64,000 nucleotides of DNA from Amoebophrya sp. A120 (GCA_905178155.1 CAJINV010000014.1:502051-566050); one strand, 5' to 3'; positions 1 through 11,700 are shown, numbered from the stretch's first letter. Made by a program: numbers and translations. Notes: generated by a model from the letters alone, not told the origin.

Positions 1-142
1 CCCGGCGGTTGCCCTATATGGTAACGGCAACTGCCTTCGCGCTGCGTTTGCTAAGCAATATCGCAAGCGCGCAGAGCGCGCGCGCCGGCTTCGTGGGCCG
101 GCGCGCGCTCTGCGCGCGCGCGCGCACGCATTTGGTTACCAG

Positions 143-184
143 ACCATCATCGGGGGGTCCACCACTCCTGCGTGACCCGTCTTA
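143..184. repeat. 33-bp core direct repeat, copy 1 of 5
   Basis: ACCATCATCGGGGGGTCCACCACTCCTGCGTGACCCGTCTTA; matches copies at 837, 2386, 3914 and 5410. Confidence 0.9.
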
Positions 185-836
185 TGGAAATGGAAAGAAA
201 AACAAGCCCGATCTGCAACCCGGATATTTGTGACGCATCTTGCCGAAGACTGCAGGCTCATGCGCGCGACACATCAAAAACAACTACGGCGCAGATGGGG
301 CTTTTTTCAAACATACCCTGCAGAAGATAGTCTTTGAAGATCTCCACCACCTTGGATTGGTTTCTCCCCTGTGTTCTTCTGTGCCCCGACGTGTCCGCGC
401 CTCCGACTAAGGTGGCCACCCCGGCAGGAAGGTGTGGTCGCGCAGTGGCGAGTGCGCCGGTCTTTGCTTCCATCCTGGGCGTTCCGCGCTTGCTCAACCC
501 GCGCTGAGCACCAGAGGGGCCGACATCAAGATGACATCAGGAGCAGAGCAACCACCGGGACAAGAACGAGGGCGACATTTTTCGGCTATGATTTCGGGGA
601 AGTTTCTATCACGCCACACATACGTAATTCTACATGCAAACTCGATCTTCATGCCATTGCGCATTCTCACGCGCGATGGCATGGCACTTGGATCCTGAGC
701 ACTGATATCGTAAAACGTCGTGCGAACACCCGAACAGCAAGAACTTCAGCAGCGCCAAAAAAACTGGACTCTGACAAAGTCCATTCATCAGGAAGGGCTG
801 CGACTTGGGTACCGCTTCGAGTATCACGCCTGGTTA

Positions 837-875
837 TCTACCATCATCGGTGGATCCACCGCTCCTGCGTGACCC
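837..875. repeat. 33-bp core direct repeat, copy 2
   Basis: TCTACCATCATCGGTGGATCCACCGCTCCTGCGTGACCC (2 substitutions in the G-run). Confidence 0.9.
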
Positions 876-1537
876 CTAAGCTCAAAGAAGAGCTAGTTAG
901 AAAACCAAAAAAAAAAAAGCTGCTCTGCTGCGCCGATCTTGTGAACAGTGTCCGTTTTGCCGTCGCAGCCCCCTTTCGGGCTGTGTGTGTTCGCGTGTGT
1001 AGTTCATTTGCGAGAGAACACCAGGAGCAGGTGTGCCGCCAAATTACTTCAGCAAGATACCACGAAACTTGCTGTGATTTCTATCTCTGACGACTGATCA
1101 TGCGAGTTGTTTACAGAGCGGGGTGAAGTTGCACTACGCATGAGCGCATCTCTCGCACCGCCCACAGCAGGGTTCGTGGGCCGCCGGGGCGGGGAGGATT
1201 GGTGTGTTGGTCTTTGGAGGCCTTCGCAGCTCAATCTCCTGAGGAGCGGTGAAACATGTTGAACAAACGGGGCTGAGAGACGTGTCAAGCAGGCGAGAGA
1301 TCATCAGCGAGCTTGTCGTTTGCTTTCTTGTTAACTTCTAAGAAAGAGTTACAACTGTGACCACACAGGAAAATAAAAAGATGGCGGCACCGAAAACTTT
1401 TCGCACTCGACCCTTCGCCCACCAACCGTACCTGGGTCATCTGTGGATTTGTTTAATCGTCGCCTTTTTCCCGACCCCCGCCCGGTCCCGCGGTTTTCTG
1501 CTGACCCGCAGCGACACGCAGAACAAAATTTTCTACT

Positions 1538-1859
1538 TATCAAAAGGAAAAATCCCCCCTCCCCATATCAAAAGGAAGTCTCTGATGCTGGATTTGCGTA
1601 CACAGATCAGCTTTGTATTGCAGAGAGGCATTTCGGGCAGATCTCCAGGCTAGTTAGGGGCGTATGTGTCTAGTTGTTCAGCATGGCAAGCGGGTCACTT
1701 TTAGGGCCAACAGCATGGCAAATCGCTTCCATAGTGGGGCGGAAGCTTCTGCCCTTGTCTTCTTGCAATACAAATGTGATTTGCGACCTCAAATCAGCAA
1801 CGCAAATTTTCGGAAGCATACCTTTTCGATATGGGGAGGGGGGATTTTTACTCAGGATA
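1538..1859. mobile_element. Introner family A (TIR core AAAAATCCCCCCTCCCCATAT)
   Basis: TATC...GATA ends, TIR, TSD CTACT on both sides; removal restores frame. Confidence 0.9.
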
Positions 1860-1901
1860 CTACTCGCTTTTGCCCAGCTTCGATGAATCCATCACGCATT
1901 C

Positions 1902-2172
1902 TATGCTGTGTAAAAACGTCCCCACCCCATAGTCAAGATGGGAAATCTGCAACACAAATCTCCAAGCTTTGGGAGTTCTGCATGACAAGTTTCCATCTGC
2001 AGTGTAGTGCTGGTTAACAAGGAAAGCCGCATGCGAAAGCCACTTTCTCATCCTGTTTAGAGCATTACAAATACCAAAAACCGGCTGAAAATGCCTCTTA
2101 TGGAGTTGCGCATTACAAATGTTTCTGTCATTGCGCATTTGCATTAGGGGAACTACGTTTTTACAAATGATA
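1902..2172. mobile_element. Introner family B (TIR TATNCTGNGTAAAAACGT)
   Basis: TATG...GATA, TSD CATTC; homologous to 33054, 48337 and 56294. Confidence 0.88.
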
Positions 2173-2237
2173 CATTCGCAACTGGACAGCACACAGCTGG
2201 ACCAGGATCCGGGGAGCGAGCCTCTCCGTGGGTGCCG

Positions 2238-2326
2238 TATTGCAAGACAGCGCGCATTTGTGTGCACAAGTCCTGCGTCACAGATTTCCCATTTGATATG
2301 GGATGGGGGCTTTTTTCATTTTGATA
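2238..2326. mobile_element. Truncated family-A-like element (one end only)
   Basis: GATATGGGATGGGGGCTTTTTTCATTTTGATA resembles a family A terminus; no partner TIR or TSD. Confidence 0.6.
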
Positions 2327-2382
2327 GAAACACCGTAACCGGAGAGACGGTGGCGATGAAGCGCATGAAGTTGCAGGATTAC
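2327..2382 (+). pseudogene. CDK-like protein kinase fragment (subdomain II)
   Basis: RNTVTGETVAMKRMKLQDY resembles the CDK motif RxxxTGExVAxKKxxL; only ~19 codons. Confidence 0.5.
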
Positions 2383-2385
2383 GTG

Positions 2386-2423
2386 TCTACCATCATCGGG
2401 GGGTCCACCGCTCCTGCGTGACC
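2386..2423. repeat. 33-bp core direct repeat, copy 3
   Basis: TCTACCATCATCGGGGGGTCCACCGCTCCTGCGTGACC. Confidence 0.9.
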
Positions 2424-3041
2424 ACAAACCGTCAACATCCATCATGGGCGCCAAAACAAAGGACATGTCCCGGCATTTCAGGCCGTTTTCGGGTGCCGCT
2501 TTCATCTCCCAAACCTGTCAAAGGCGCCACGGCATTACGCCTGCAATAGAGTGCCCACAGGCATGGGGGGCTTCGACGTGGGCGAACCTACCTAAGGAGA
2601 CAAGATGGCCGCTACGCTGCCCTGAATGACAACCCACCCTTGCGGCCGCCCTGCTGATCCGTCGGCAGCGAAAGTTTTGGCCCCCTTTTTTATTCACCTG
2701 AAAATGTCTAAAGCGAAAAAAGATATACGACTTCGCAGACATCACGGGGAGCTTGATAGTTAGAGTAGACCCGCGAAGGCCTTGCCTGAGAAAGTAGCTC
2801 ACTCGGACGGGAGCAAGACCAATGGCGCGCGAGTCGTGTTGCGCTTTGGTTCGAAAATCCGGCTGCTCCTGGCAAAAAAGCGAATGGGCCGAGGGACGGA
2901 GCCGTGGCTGGCGCGCTCCAAAAAAGCGCCGCGGCTAGCTATACAAACGCGATCTTCCCAAGCCAGCCTGGGCTCGCCGACCTTCCCAGCCGAGGCCGGC
3001 ACCGAATGTGGGGAGAAAAGAAAAACAGGAGCGCCACAATG

Positions 3042-3165
3042 TCCTTTTAGTGAATATGCCGGGGGGTATGGCAAATATGTGGGGCTATACCACCCCACAT
3101 ATTCGCAATCGCGGCGGCATACTGAATATTTGGGGTGGAGGGGGCCCGCATAGTCACTAAAAGGA
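3042..3165. repeat. Small foldback/inverted-repeat element
   Basis: TCCTTTTAGTGAATATGC ... GCATAGTCACTAAAAGGA (17/18) plus internal hairpin AATATGTGGGG..CCCCACATATT; no TSD seen. Confidence 0.6.
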
Positions 3166-3913
3166 GAGCAGCGCCGGCGCCAGCAACCGACGCGAGACGG
3201 ACACGAAGCCGACCTGTGGACGGGCCTCACAAAGCCCGAAGGCTTTTCAACAAGGCGACAACGCCGCCGCTAGTATGCTACGCGCGGCGAGCTGCGCGAC
3301 GGATCAAAAACCACCCGCAGGGTAGGGACTGTATGCCCACGGGCAACCAAGACAGGTCGCGCGGCCGCCCTCCTTTTTGCCCCCGGCCAAGCCGGCACAC
3401 ACGCGGAGCCCTTTCGGTTTTCGTGCGGGCGCCCCAAGCCGTAGCCGCCACGCCGGAATCGCCCCAAGGGCTAGAGCCGCCGGGATGGCACTCGGCTGTG
3501 GTTGAAGGTCACTCCGGGGAAATTGACGAAAATCCTGCAGCGCCATGCTAGGCGCTCAATGCTTTGCACATGCAAGGGAGGCAAACGCAAATCGAAAAGG
3601 TCGGCTTCACAGGAGGCCGCCGCCGGCGCCAATATTTGTCGCGAGTCTGTTTAACAAGCCCCGTTACTTACTACATTAGTGGCGCCCGGCATCAGCCAAA
3701 ACATCCAGAGCCAGAAGCGCTGTGGGTGCATTTCTCATGGAGACGCATGCCCTTTCCAACGAAAAGCGGCAACATGTTGCGCGCTACCTGAAGAGCGGCA
3801 ACATGTTGTGCAATTCGCGAAACCTAAAATCCCCCCGAATATGTGGGCCCTGAAAAAAGGCCGTTCTCGGTTCCGCGGCGCTAGTTTGTCCCCCCATATC
3901 CTTGTCCTCATCT

Positions 3914-3973
3914 TCTACCATCATCGGGGGGTCCACCGCTCCTGCGTGACCCGTCTTACTTGCGCCGTCTGTA
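3914..3973. repeat. 33-bp core direct repeat, copy 4 (extended)
   Basis: Shares 55 bp with copy 5, including CGTCTTACTTGCGCCGTCTGTA. Confidence 0.9.
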
Positions 3974-4489
3974 ATGATCAGACCATGCGCAATGTTCGCC
4001 CCTCCGAAAGATCAAGGCAGTATTTCGTATGAGGCACAGCAGGTGGTCAAACAATGAGGACACCATGCGCAAGCGCAACGCATAGGACAGGAGTCGAGGT
4101 GCAGATCACTCCACCCGCGCGTTCTAAAGATCCAAGAAAGAATTCAAAGATAAAGATCAACTCGCGCGGGGAACGGAAATCTAAAGAGATCAATGTCTGT
4201 TGCATCATGCTTCTAAATCTAAATCTAACTCCAGCTGAATCTAAAGATCCGATCTGGTGGTGGGAAAATGTTGTTGACAACAGAAAGAAGCTGAGCTCTC
4301 TTGAACATGGCCGATCAAAATATAGCTTTGCTTTGCCTGATCTGCTCCGAAGCGGGGCTACACTAGTTCCTCAAATATAGCCGCTGCATAGAACAAGTAG
4401 TGCTTGTTCCGACGCCAACTGTTTCTATTCCAATTTACAATCTCACAGGGACGAGAATCGTAGTCAGATTTTCACAAAACCGACTGAAA

Positions 4490-4875
4490 ATGGTGCACGT
4501 CTACAACGAAGCCACCAAGACCTTCTACCAGGTCCACCAGAAGAAGGTTGCCCAGCGACCGGCCAGGGAGGTGGGCAAGCGCCAGAAGAACACGGAATAC
4601 ATGAAGAAGCTCTTGGTATACTTGATATCGTCTTTTGGTTTTGTTTATTTCTTGCTTTGCTTTTGGCCGAAAATTATACCTACCAATGGAATTTAGATTT
4701 ATTTTGGGTGCAAGCAGCCTTCTGCAGGGCTAATGTGTACTACGATGAAGGGCGATTGGAGGATTTTATAAAATGCAAATCTTGAATTCCACCAAAAATT
4801 TTTCCCCAAATCCTAAAACAGGCTCTGGAGGCCGCGCACCCGGTGAAGTGCATTTACACGGACAAGAAGGAGTAA
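4490..4875 (+). CDS. Small basic protein, 59 aa, 2 exons (4490-4615, 4822-4875)
   Basis: ATG start, GT-AG intron 4616-4821, strong GC3 bias; MVHVYNEATKTFYQVHQKKVAQRPAREVGKRQKNTEYMKKLLALEAAHPVKCIYTDKKE*. Confidence 0.75.
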
Positions 4876-5106
4876 AAAGTCAGACGAGGACGACGCAAAA
4901 TGGTGCATAGAACAACTCTGAAAACAACAACCCTCGCTGCCAGATGACTTTAATTTGTGGCGCCGAACAGCACTTGTGCAGCGCGGAAAAATGTTGAGAA
5001 GATTCTGACTACGATTTAAAAATCTGACAGCAATTATTCTTGCTGGGAGGGTTTCCGCTGAAGTCCTTGCCGACGGCTTGGGAAAACGCTGCGGATCATG
5101 TTGCCT

Positions 5107-7741
5107 TCACAGAGAAGAGTGTTCCGGTCGTTGTGCGTAGCATTGTAGCACTAGGCTTTCCATCGTTGTTGCTACGATCTGAGATGGTGTCGAACGTAGT
5201 AGACCACCTCTCTTGCGAAACACACCATCGGTGCCGAGACCACCTCTCTTGCAAAGCACATCCATGCACGCTTTAGAAGAGCGACCGTGGCGAAGATGGA
5301 TCAAAAGCAACAGTTCGGTTCGTGCGAACAGCAACACAGAGGATTGAAAATCGCGATTTAGATTGACAGAAAAGGAGTAATAATCAGTCAGTCTCCTTTC
5401 TCCCGTCAACATCATCGGGGGGTCCACTGCTTCTGCGTGACCCGTCTTACTTGCGCCGTCTGTACCTCCTGAGGCTGTGCTGCCCCCTTGACGACCCTGC
5501 TGCTTGTCCTCGTCTCCTTGGTTTGGAAAAAGGAAGCCCGTCACGTTCTGTAGTAGTTGACCCACTAGGTTTCCGCCGAGAAGCTGAGAGGTTGTACTAG
5601 ACGTAGTCGTCGTTGTTCTCAGCCTACTATCGTCTACAACATGACCATCTTCTTCCATCTTTATGCCGTTACTCCCTAGGTCTGCCACGGCCGGATCGTT
5701 GTCAAGAACTTGTTCTAGTACGTCCACTTCCTCGTCTTTCATCTGCTTTTCCAACAATTTGAAATCCTCGCTATTCAGCGTCGGCTTTGCTCGGAGCGGC
5801 TGCACCGCGGAAGAGGGTGACGTCGAAGAACCATTTTCAACGAGAAGAGCATCAACATCTGGTCGATTTGCATTTCCATTTTTGTCTCTCTCTACTTTCG
5901 CTTTCCCGCCCGAAGCGGCACCGCCACCTGCCTGCTGCATGAAATCTCGCAAATTTTTCCCGGCGCCACCGCCCAGATACTGTTGCGACGCTTGGTTGGA
6001 AATTCTGGCTGTTTCGTTGCGGCGGTCCGCTTCAGCATCCAACACTGCGCGCTCTGACGGCGTTAGCACGTACGGCGAATCTTCCACGCGGCCGCCCGGC
6101 TCCACGTTTAATATTTTGCCCTTCTTCTCCTCTCTATGTCCTAGGCAGCAACAGCCCACCAGGCAGCACAGCAGCAGGAGCAACGCCAAACAGGAGAAAA
6201 CCACCAACCAGAAGAGGTCCAGCTCCTCCAGAAGTCCTTGTTCTCTACTAGTACTTGTTCTCTTTTCATCCTTTTGGCTCTTGGCCACGAAGGCAGCGGG
6301 GGTTGTGTGGCCGGAGCGGGCGGCGGCTTGACTTCGTCTAGCGTTAGTGAGCAGCAAGCTCTTCAAGTCATGTCTACTTGTTCCTCTATTTAGTTTCAGC
6401 GGAGGACCAATCGTTGCAGTTCCTGTTCTCGTCCCGGAATGACCGCTGCAGTTCCTGTTTGATCAACAAGACAGGGAAAATGGCCGCGCCCCGACCTCGG
6501 TTGTTGACGTGAGTGCTCGGAAAGGCCCGGCCGTGTCGCCGAGTCCTCTCGGAGAAGGCATCCCGAGCCGGATCGCGGTTGCCTGGCTTCTTGGGTTGCG
6601 TGGGTGTGGGGTGGCATCGGGCACGCAGCTGGCTGCCCGGCGCGGCTGTGCCGCCCCTCGATGCGAAGGCGGAAGCGTAGTGGGCGCAGGTGGGCGGCCC
6701 ACATTCGCCGACCGCGCCAGGTTTCGGAAGGGGGCAAGGGGGCGGGGGGAAGAATTTATGCCTTGGGAGGATTACCAAAGTGGCCCGCGTCGCAGCCGCA
6801 ACGAGCTGCAGAAAAAGCGCAAGCGGGGCAAAGGAAGCCAAAGCAGAGCTGTGCGCCCAAAGGTAGCTGCGATGAGCATGCCCCAGCCCAAGGCCCCGAA
6901 GGTGGGAGATGGGACCTGCGCCGCTATGAGGCTACATGACTTGCACGGCCGGCGTGGTAAACGAAGCGCACAAAGTGCTAGAGGTGGAAGCGGATCGACG
7001 CTTGTCGCGCGCAACTAGAGGCGTAGTATGCCCCTTGGGTGTCATCAACAGTGCCAGGCCCTGCGAGCCCCAGCAACAAGAGGCGACCGCGCCAACTCCC
7101 TTCGCCTTATTATCGGGAGAGGCGCGAGACCCAAAATTTTTTTTTCGTTTTGTTGAAAAGAAGGTCTTGTTGACAGATTTCGCTACCGTACCAATCGTTG
7201 CAGTTCCTGTTCTCGTCCCGGAATATGAAGTAGACGGCGAAGATCTTCTTGACGCGAGCGCCTCGTTGTCCTCTTCGTCAACATCCCTGGGCCACCTGGG
7301 GTAAATAACTCTTTTACTTTTCCTGCCCTCGCGTCTCCGGGTCCTTGTTTTCAAGAGTGTCACCGCAGAAACGCAACAGGAGCAGGACCATGATCTCCGC
7401 GATAACATCTTCATAGAAGCAGGTGCAGGAGCAGCAGTAGTCACAGTTCTTGAAAAGTAGGAAATAATATTATCTCCAACAAGATCCCCCGTCGCCATGG
7501 TGGTTTTCGAAAACTTCGACACAGTCTGCGACCAATTGAGAATTGCAGGAGAAGGCCGCGACGTCGGTATTGCAGTATTGAAAGGTTGTGGCCATGTGGA
7601 ATTATCCTGCTGCGCCGGCCGCGGGGAACGCTCGTCGATGCTTGCAAGGAAAAGAATGATGTGGTCCGTCCAACTAATAGAACCCATGCAAAGGAAGACG
7701 ACGACGAGAAACATTTTGAGATTATTTTTTTTGAAAATCAT
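5107..7741 (-). CDS. Putative type I membrane protein (signal-like N-terminus, TM followed by Cys cluster), interrupted by a direct-repeat-flanked insert
   Basis: ORF 6932-7777 joins ORF 5107-6366 in frame across the 35-bp repeat (SGTRTGTATIG); TM LFWLVVFSCLALLLLLCCLVGCCCL; true 3' end uncertain because of the repeat array. Confidence 0.6.
5410..5464. repeat. 33-bp core direct repeat, copy 5 (in coding frame, TDGASKTGHAEAVDPPMM)
   Basis: CATCATCGGGGGGTCCACTGCTTCTGCGTGACCCGTCTTACTTGCGCCGTCTGTA. Confidence 0.9.
6406..7224. repeat. 35-bp exact direct repeats (6406-6440, 7190-7224) flanking a largely GC-rich 749-bp insert
   Basis: ACCAATCGTTGCAGTTCCTGTTCTCGTCCCGGAAT at both positions. Confidence 0.9.
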
Positions 7742-8700
7742 TTTGAACCAACTACTTAGTCGAGGTGGGCGAGGCACTGGCTTGCTCTTCCAGGTGGACG
7801 AGGCCTTTTCGAAACCACAATAAGGTGGTAAAAGAAGAGCCTAGTAGAGCATCTTCATCTATCTAACTACAACATGATCGGCAGAGAAGATACATCAACA
7901 AAATCACGTAGATCATACTATAGTCAGAATATTATCACGCACTTAGACTTACACGAGTGTGGTAAGCGGGGGCTAAGTTTCCTGTGTTTTTCCTTTTGGG
8001 ACGGTAAGTAGAACTCGTGGGGGGTATCGCTTAAGAGTTGTACTCTTGAGTTGTACTACAACGACCACTAGAGCGACAGCCCTGAAGATCTGTTGTGGCG
8101 AAGACGAACAAAAGAGCTGCAACCAACACCACGAAACACCACGACACGATTGCTGGTTCATCTGGTCAATACAATTGACATTCGAAAAGAAGGACGAACT
8201 TCTGAACGAGGCTCGGAACGCAAAGGACAGATTGCAACTGCAACTTCACCAAACGATGACGAACGAATTCTAGGTGGCGGACGGAACGAATCTTCATGCG
8301 TTGCGTTTGCAAAGACGAAAAAGAAGTAGAGTGAGAAATACGAATAGTGGATAGTTCGGCGGATTGATAAATATTCGAGTCCAGCATCGAAAACGCAAAC
8401 TTTACGATGCGCATCCTGCGAAGAAATTATGGAAGATGGTGAGTAATTGATTCATCTGTGCGCACACCTCCAGTTTTTTCTTCTTTTTTTCTTGTGTGAA
8501 GATGTAGATGCTGGGGTTCATTTACAAACTCGAACTCTGGAGGTTCCTCTGCGTTTGACAGTCAAGAAAGGTTCGATCAACTTGAAGCTACAACGTCAAT
8601 TTTGTACAGCATAGTATGAGCAAGAGCATGCATGATACTAGGCTAGATCTGTAGTCATGCATGACTAGTGTCAATTTGTATGTAAAGTAAAAGCAGCACC

Positions 8701-11700
8701 TTAGTGTGTCGCTCTGGCTGAAGATGATGATAACCTTCGTAGAGGAGCAAGCAACTGAAGGTCCATACCATTCGAGTGGAAATCATGGCTAGAATCAGCA
8801 GCCACATGATGTGCCAACGCAGTGTTGCGATCTATGCTAATGGCGCCATACTGTTCGCGGCGGATAGGGGAAGATGAGGCATGGAATAGTTTTTTGTTTG
8901 CTGAAGTTGAAGCCAAGCCACCTTTATCGTGCGGGTCGCCAGAATCCATTCCAAACCACGGCTTGTCCACCTCGTCGCAGCATGTCGATGACAAGTGCCA
9001 GGAAAATTTCCCGTCGCTGCCACGACCAGGACCAACCTCCTGCTGCGCGTTTACATAAAAACCAGGACTGGCTGCGGTACTCGGCGTGCTTTCCGGAGTT
9101 GACAAGGTTGAGTCCACGCATGTCGACGGCGTAGTTGCATCGTCTGCAACGCCAGCAGCTTCTTGTTGTTTGGCGGCAGTGTTTCTTGTTCGTTTATGCT
9201 GGGCAGCCGGATCCGATGCGAGTTGTGACTTCGTCAACATCGGGGAAGAGTTACCCGTCGCGGAACAACTTCTGGAAGTAGCCTTTGATGGTAAAAAGCG
9301 AAGCAAGGGCCTTAGTGCATTTTCCTTGCCTTGTTCGGCGACATCGAGCGCCACGCCACATTCTTGCGCGGCTCTCTGGCTAGGGTGTGCGATAGAATTT
9401 GTAGACGCATCAAAGTCATCAATAGGACTTCTAGACTCGACGGCATGTTGTCCTTGTTGCTCCTTCGGCTTTGCCAGCCAGAGGGAGAACATGAAGGGTT
9501 GGTACCTGTAGGCGCTGCTCCACTGTGTTGGAGTGGCGCTTGTTTCTGATTGTGATTCTACTGTTCGTGCTCCTGGTCCTGGTTCTGGTGGAGAGAGCTT
9601 GGTCGCACTTGCTTTTGCTTTGTTCCTGCCTGAGCTTGCGCTGCTCGATGAAGCTCCGCGCGTGAGAAAATTATCCATCGCTCCGTGGTCTAAAAACGTC
9701 GGCACAAGTAGGTCTCGTCGCTGTAGTTCCCTGGATGCCTCCACTGTAGGAACGGCTGCTCTGCAAGTCGCACGAACAAACGTCCTCTCTCGTACTTCCA
9801 CCTCCTGAGCTAGGTCAATTCCGCGCAAAAAATGCTTCTCCAGCACGTCCAGCAAAGCCAGCTCCGCATCCATCGCCCGTGTTGGAAGTGGCTCCCGCAT
9901 GTTGGGATCGATATTTGTTCCGCTGCCGATCTTGGCGTAAAAGCCTCCACTCGATGTCCCGGAGGAAAAGTTCTTAGGATTTTGTTTGTCAGTCTGTGCT
10001 GTGCCTCCAGAGCGGCCTGCGTTTTTGATTTTGCCAGGAATACCATTCTCGACGTTCACCCGAGCTGCCACTTCGTTCACGTGCGTGCCGATGATCCTGA
10101 TTTTGCTTATTCCGCCTCCACATTCTTGCTCTTCACATTGCGATGCTGTTGTTCTTGAGCGGGGTTGTTCATTTAGTGGCTCACTCGCCGAAGTAGCTTC
10201 GGAGTGGAAGTCGGCTCCACGACCGCAAGAAGCGAAGCCGGGATGTTCTCGATGGTGACAACACGTTTCAAAAGGAGTCTTTTCTACCACTTTCCAACTC
10301 GAGTGCTCGACATTCAGCAGCGCCGTCAGCAACAGCGTTGCTTGCTTCGTGGCATCTACCAAGTCCGCTAAATCGTAGCGAAACAATATTACCGGGGCAG
10401 CTCCTGCAACAGAAGCCGTGGTCGAAGAGGACATCACAGCAGGGGGTACTGTTCTCGTCGCAGCTCCTGCTGCTGCGAAGACCGGCCGCGGGGGGCTGGC
10501 GCTGTTCAGAGCCAGTTCATCCGTTGGCCTCGCGTGCCGCAAAAACGACAGCAGATTCACATACGCTGTGCCGATTAGCTCCTGCGCCGACTGTTGATGT
10601 TGAAGTTGAGGGGGTACAACGGGTGGTTGTGATAGACGAGAGTAGCAGCTTGTTTGTTCATCTTCTGTGTTGTTCGTCCCGTTCGCTTGCTTCTGATCTT
10701 CTTCCATGTTGGGGGTCCTCGTCTGATGATATCTTTTGTCCTCGTCGTTCTCAATCTCAATCTCATCTAGTGCAACATGATCTTCTTCCAGGAGTTCTTC
10801 AACAACAGTCAGCTGAATCTTGTTCGTACTCAGCAGATTGTACCATTTTTGGACCAGTTTCAGAAACTGCTCGCGCTTCTCAGCAGCTCGGGCTACTTGT
10901 TCCCGGTCATCTGCCACGTTGGAACAAATTCGGCAGATGTTGTCAACACCATCTTGCTCGTCGTCTTCCCAGTTTCTGCTGTGAAGAGATTCAGAGTTCT
11001 TCTTGCCAACCTCGTCTACTAGGCAGCTTGTAGCAGTACCACCTGTGCCGACCTTGCGGAGGTCTTGCTGGCATGGAGAGCCCTTATCATGTAGTGTGGA
11101 GCTTTGTTTTGCTTGCTCGCTGTGGTGGAGGAATGGCGACGGGTTATAATCTTCCCCTTCTCGCAAGGAAAACGCAGGGGAAGTTCGGCCTTCACTGTTA
11201 GCAGGTCTCCTGGCTTCGATTGTGGTGGAGTCGCACTTCTGTGGCCCACGTTCGTCCTCCTCGTGGTACTGCAGATGCTGCATCGCCGCGACCACAGCCG
11301 TGCGCAGAAACGCAAATTGCTGGGATTCCACCGTAAGCAGGTCGCGAGAGCCGTAGCCGGTCTTCATAAAGAGTGGCTGTTGTTCGCCTTCATCGTTTTG
11401 TTCCGCAAAAATATTGCCGCGCTGGTACCGGGTTTGCATTCGCTGATCCAGCGTCGTGGCTGCGTAAGAAGAAGTTCCACAAGTAGGCGTCCTCCAGAGG
11501 TTGTTGTAGACCTGGCTTCTACTAAGCAAAGGGCGTCGTGCGAGAGCATTGCTATTTGCCGCTGTCAGCAGTGTGTTGATGTCGGTGCAGGAAGCGCCGC
11601 CCCCGAATTCTTCAGAATGACGATGACGTGGCGGCGAAGATAAATCTAACTGCGCAGTAGAACCAGCAGACCCAGAACCGGAGCGCGGCCGTAATTCATC

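Larger units (their letters stand above)
1381..2237 (+). pseudogene. 5' fragment of a gene for a putative secreted protein, interrupted by two introners
   Basis: Removing 1538-1864 and 1902-2177 gives a continuous MAAPKTF...HLWICLIVAFFPTPARSRGFLLTRSDTQNKIFYSLLPSFDESITHSQLDSTQLDQDPGSEPLRGC; it then abuts an unrelated half-element. Confidence 0.6.

Noticed and set aside
66-128. Alternating CG tracts (Z-DNA or palindrome-like)
   Set aside because: At the window edge with no boundaries or copies to support a function.
183-315. Possible intact introner (TATG...CATA with weak TIR AAGCCC.ATCTGC)
   Set aside because: Flanks CGTCT/CCCTG do not match and no host frame could be restored; more likely joined fragments.
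1443-2267. Recurring short ORFs such as RKNPPSPY, FSIWGGGIF and NVTFSTV throughout the ORF track
   Set aside because: They are translations of introner TIRs, not proteins; elements are too short to encode a transposase.
143-5464. Calling the repeat array a CRISPR
   Set aside because: Spacers are 0.65-1.5 kb, repeat boundaries vary, no cas gene is present and the context is eukaryotic.
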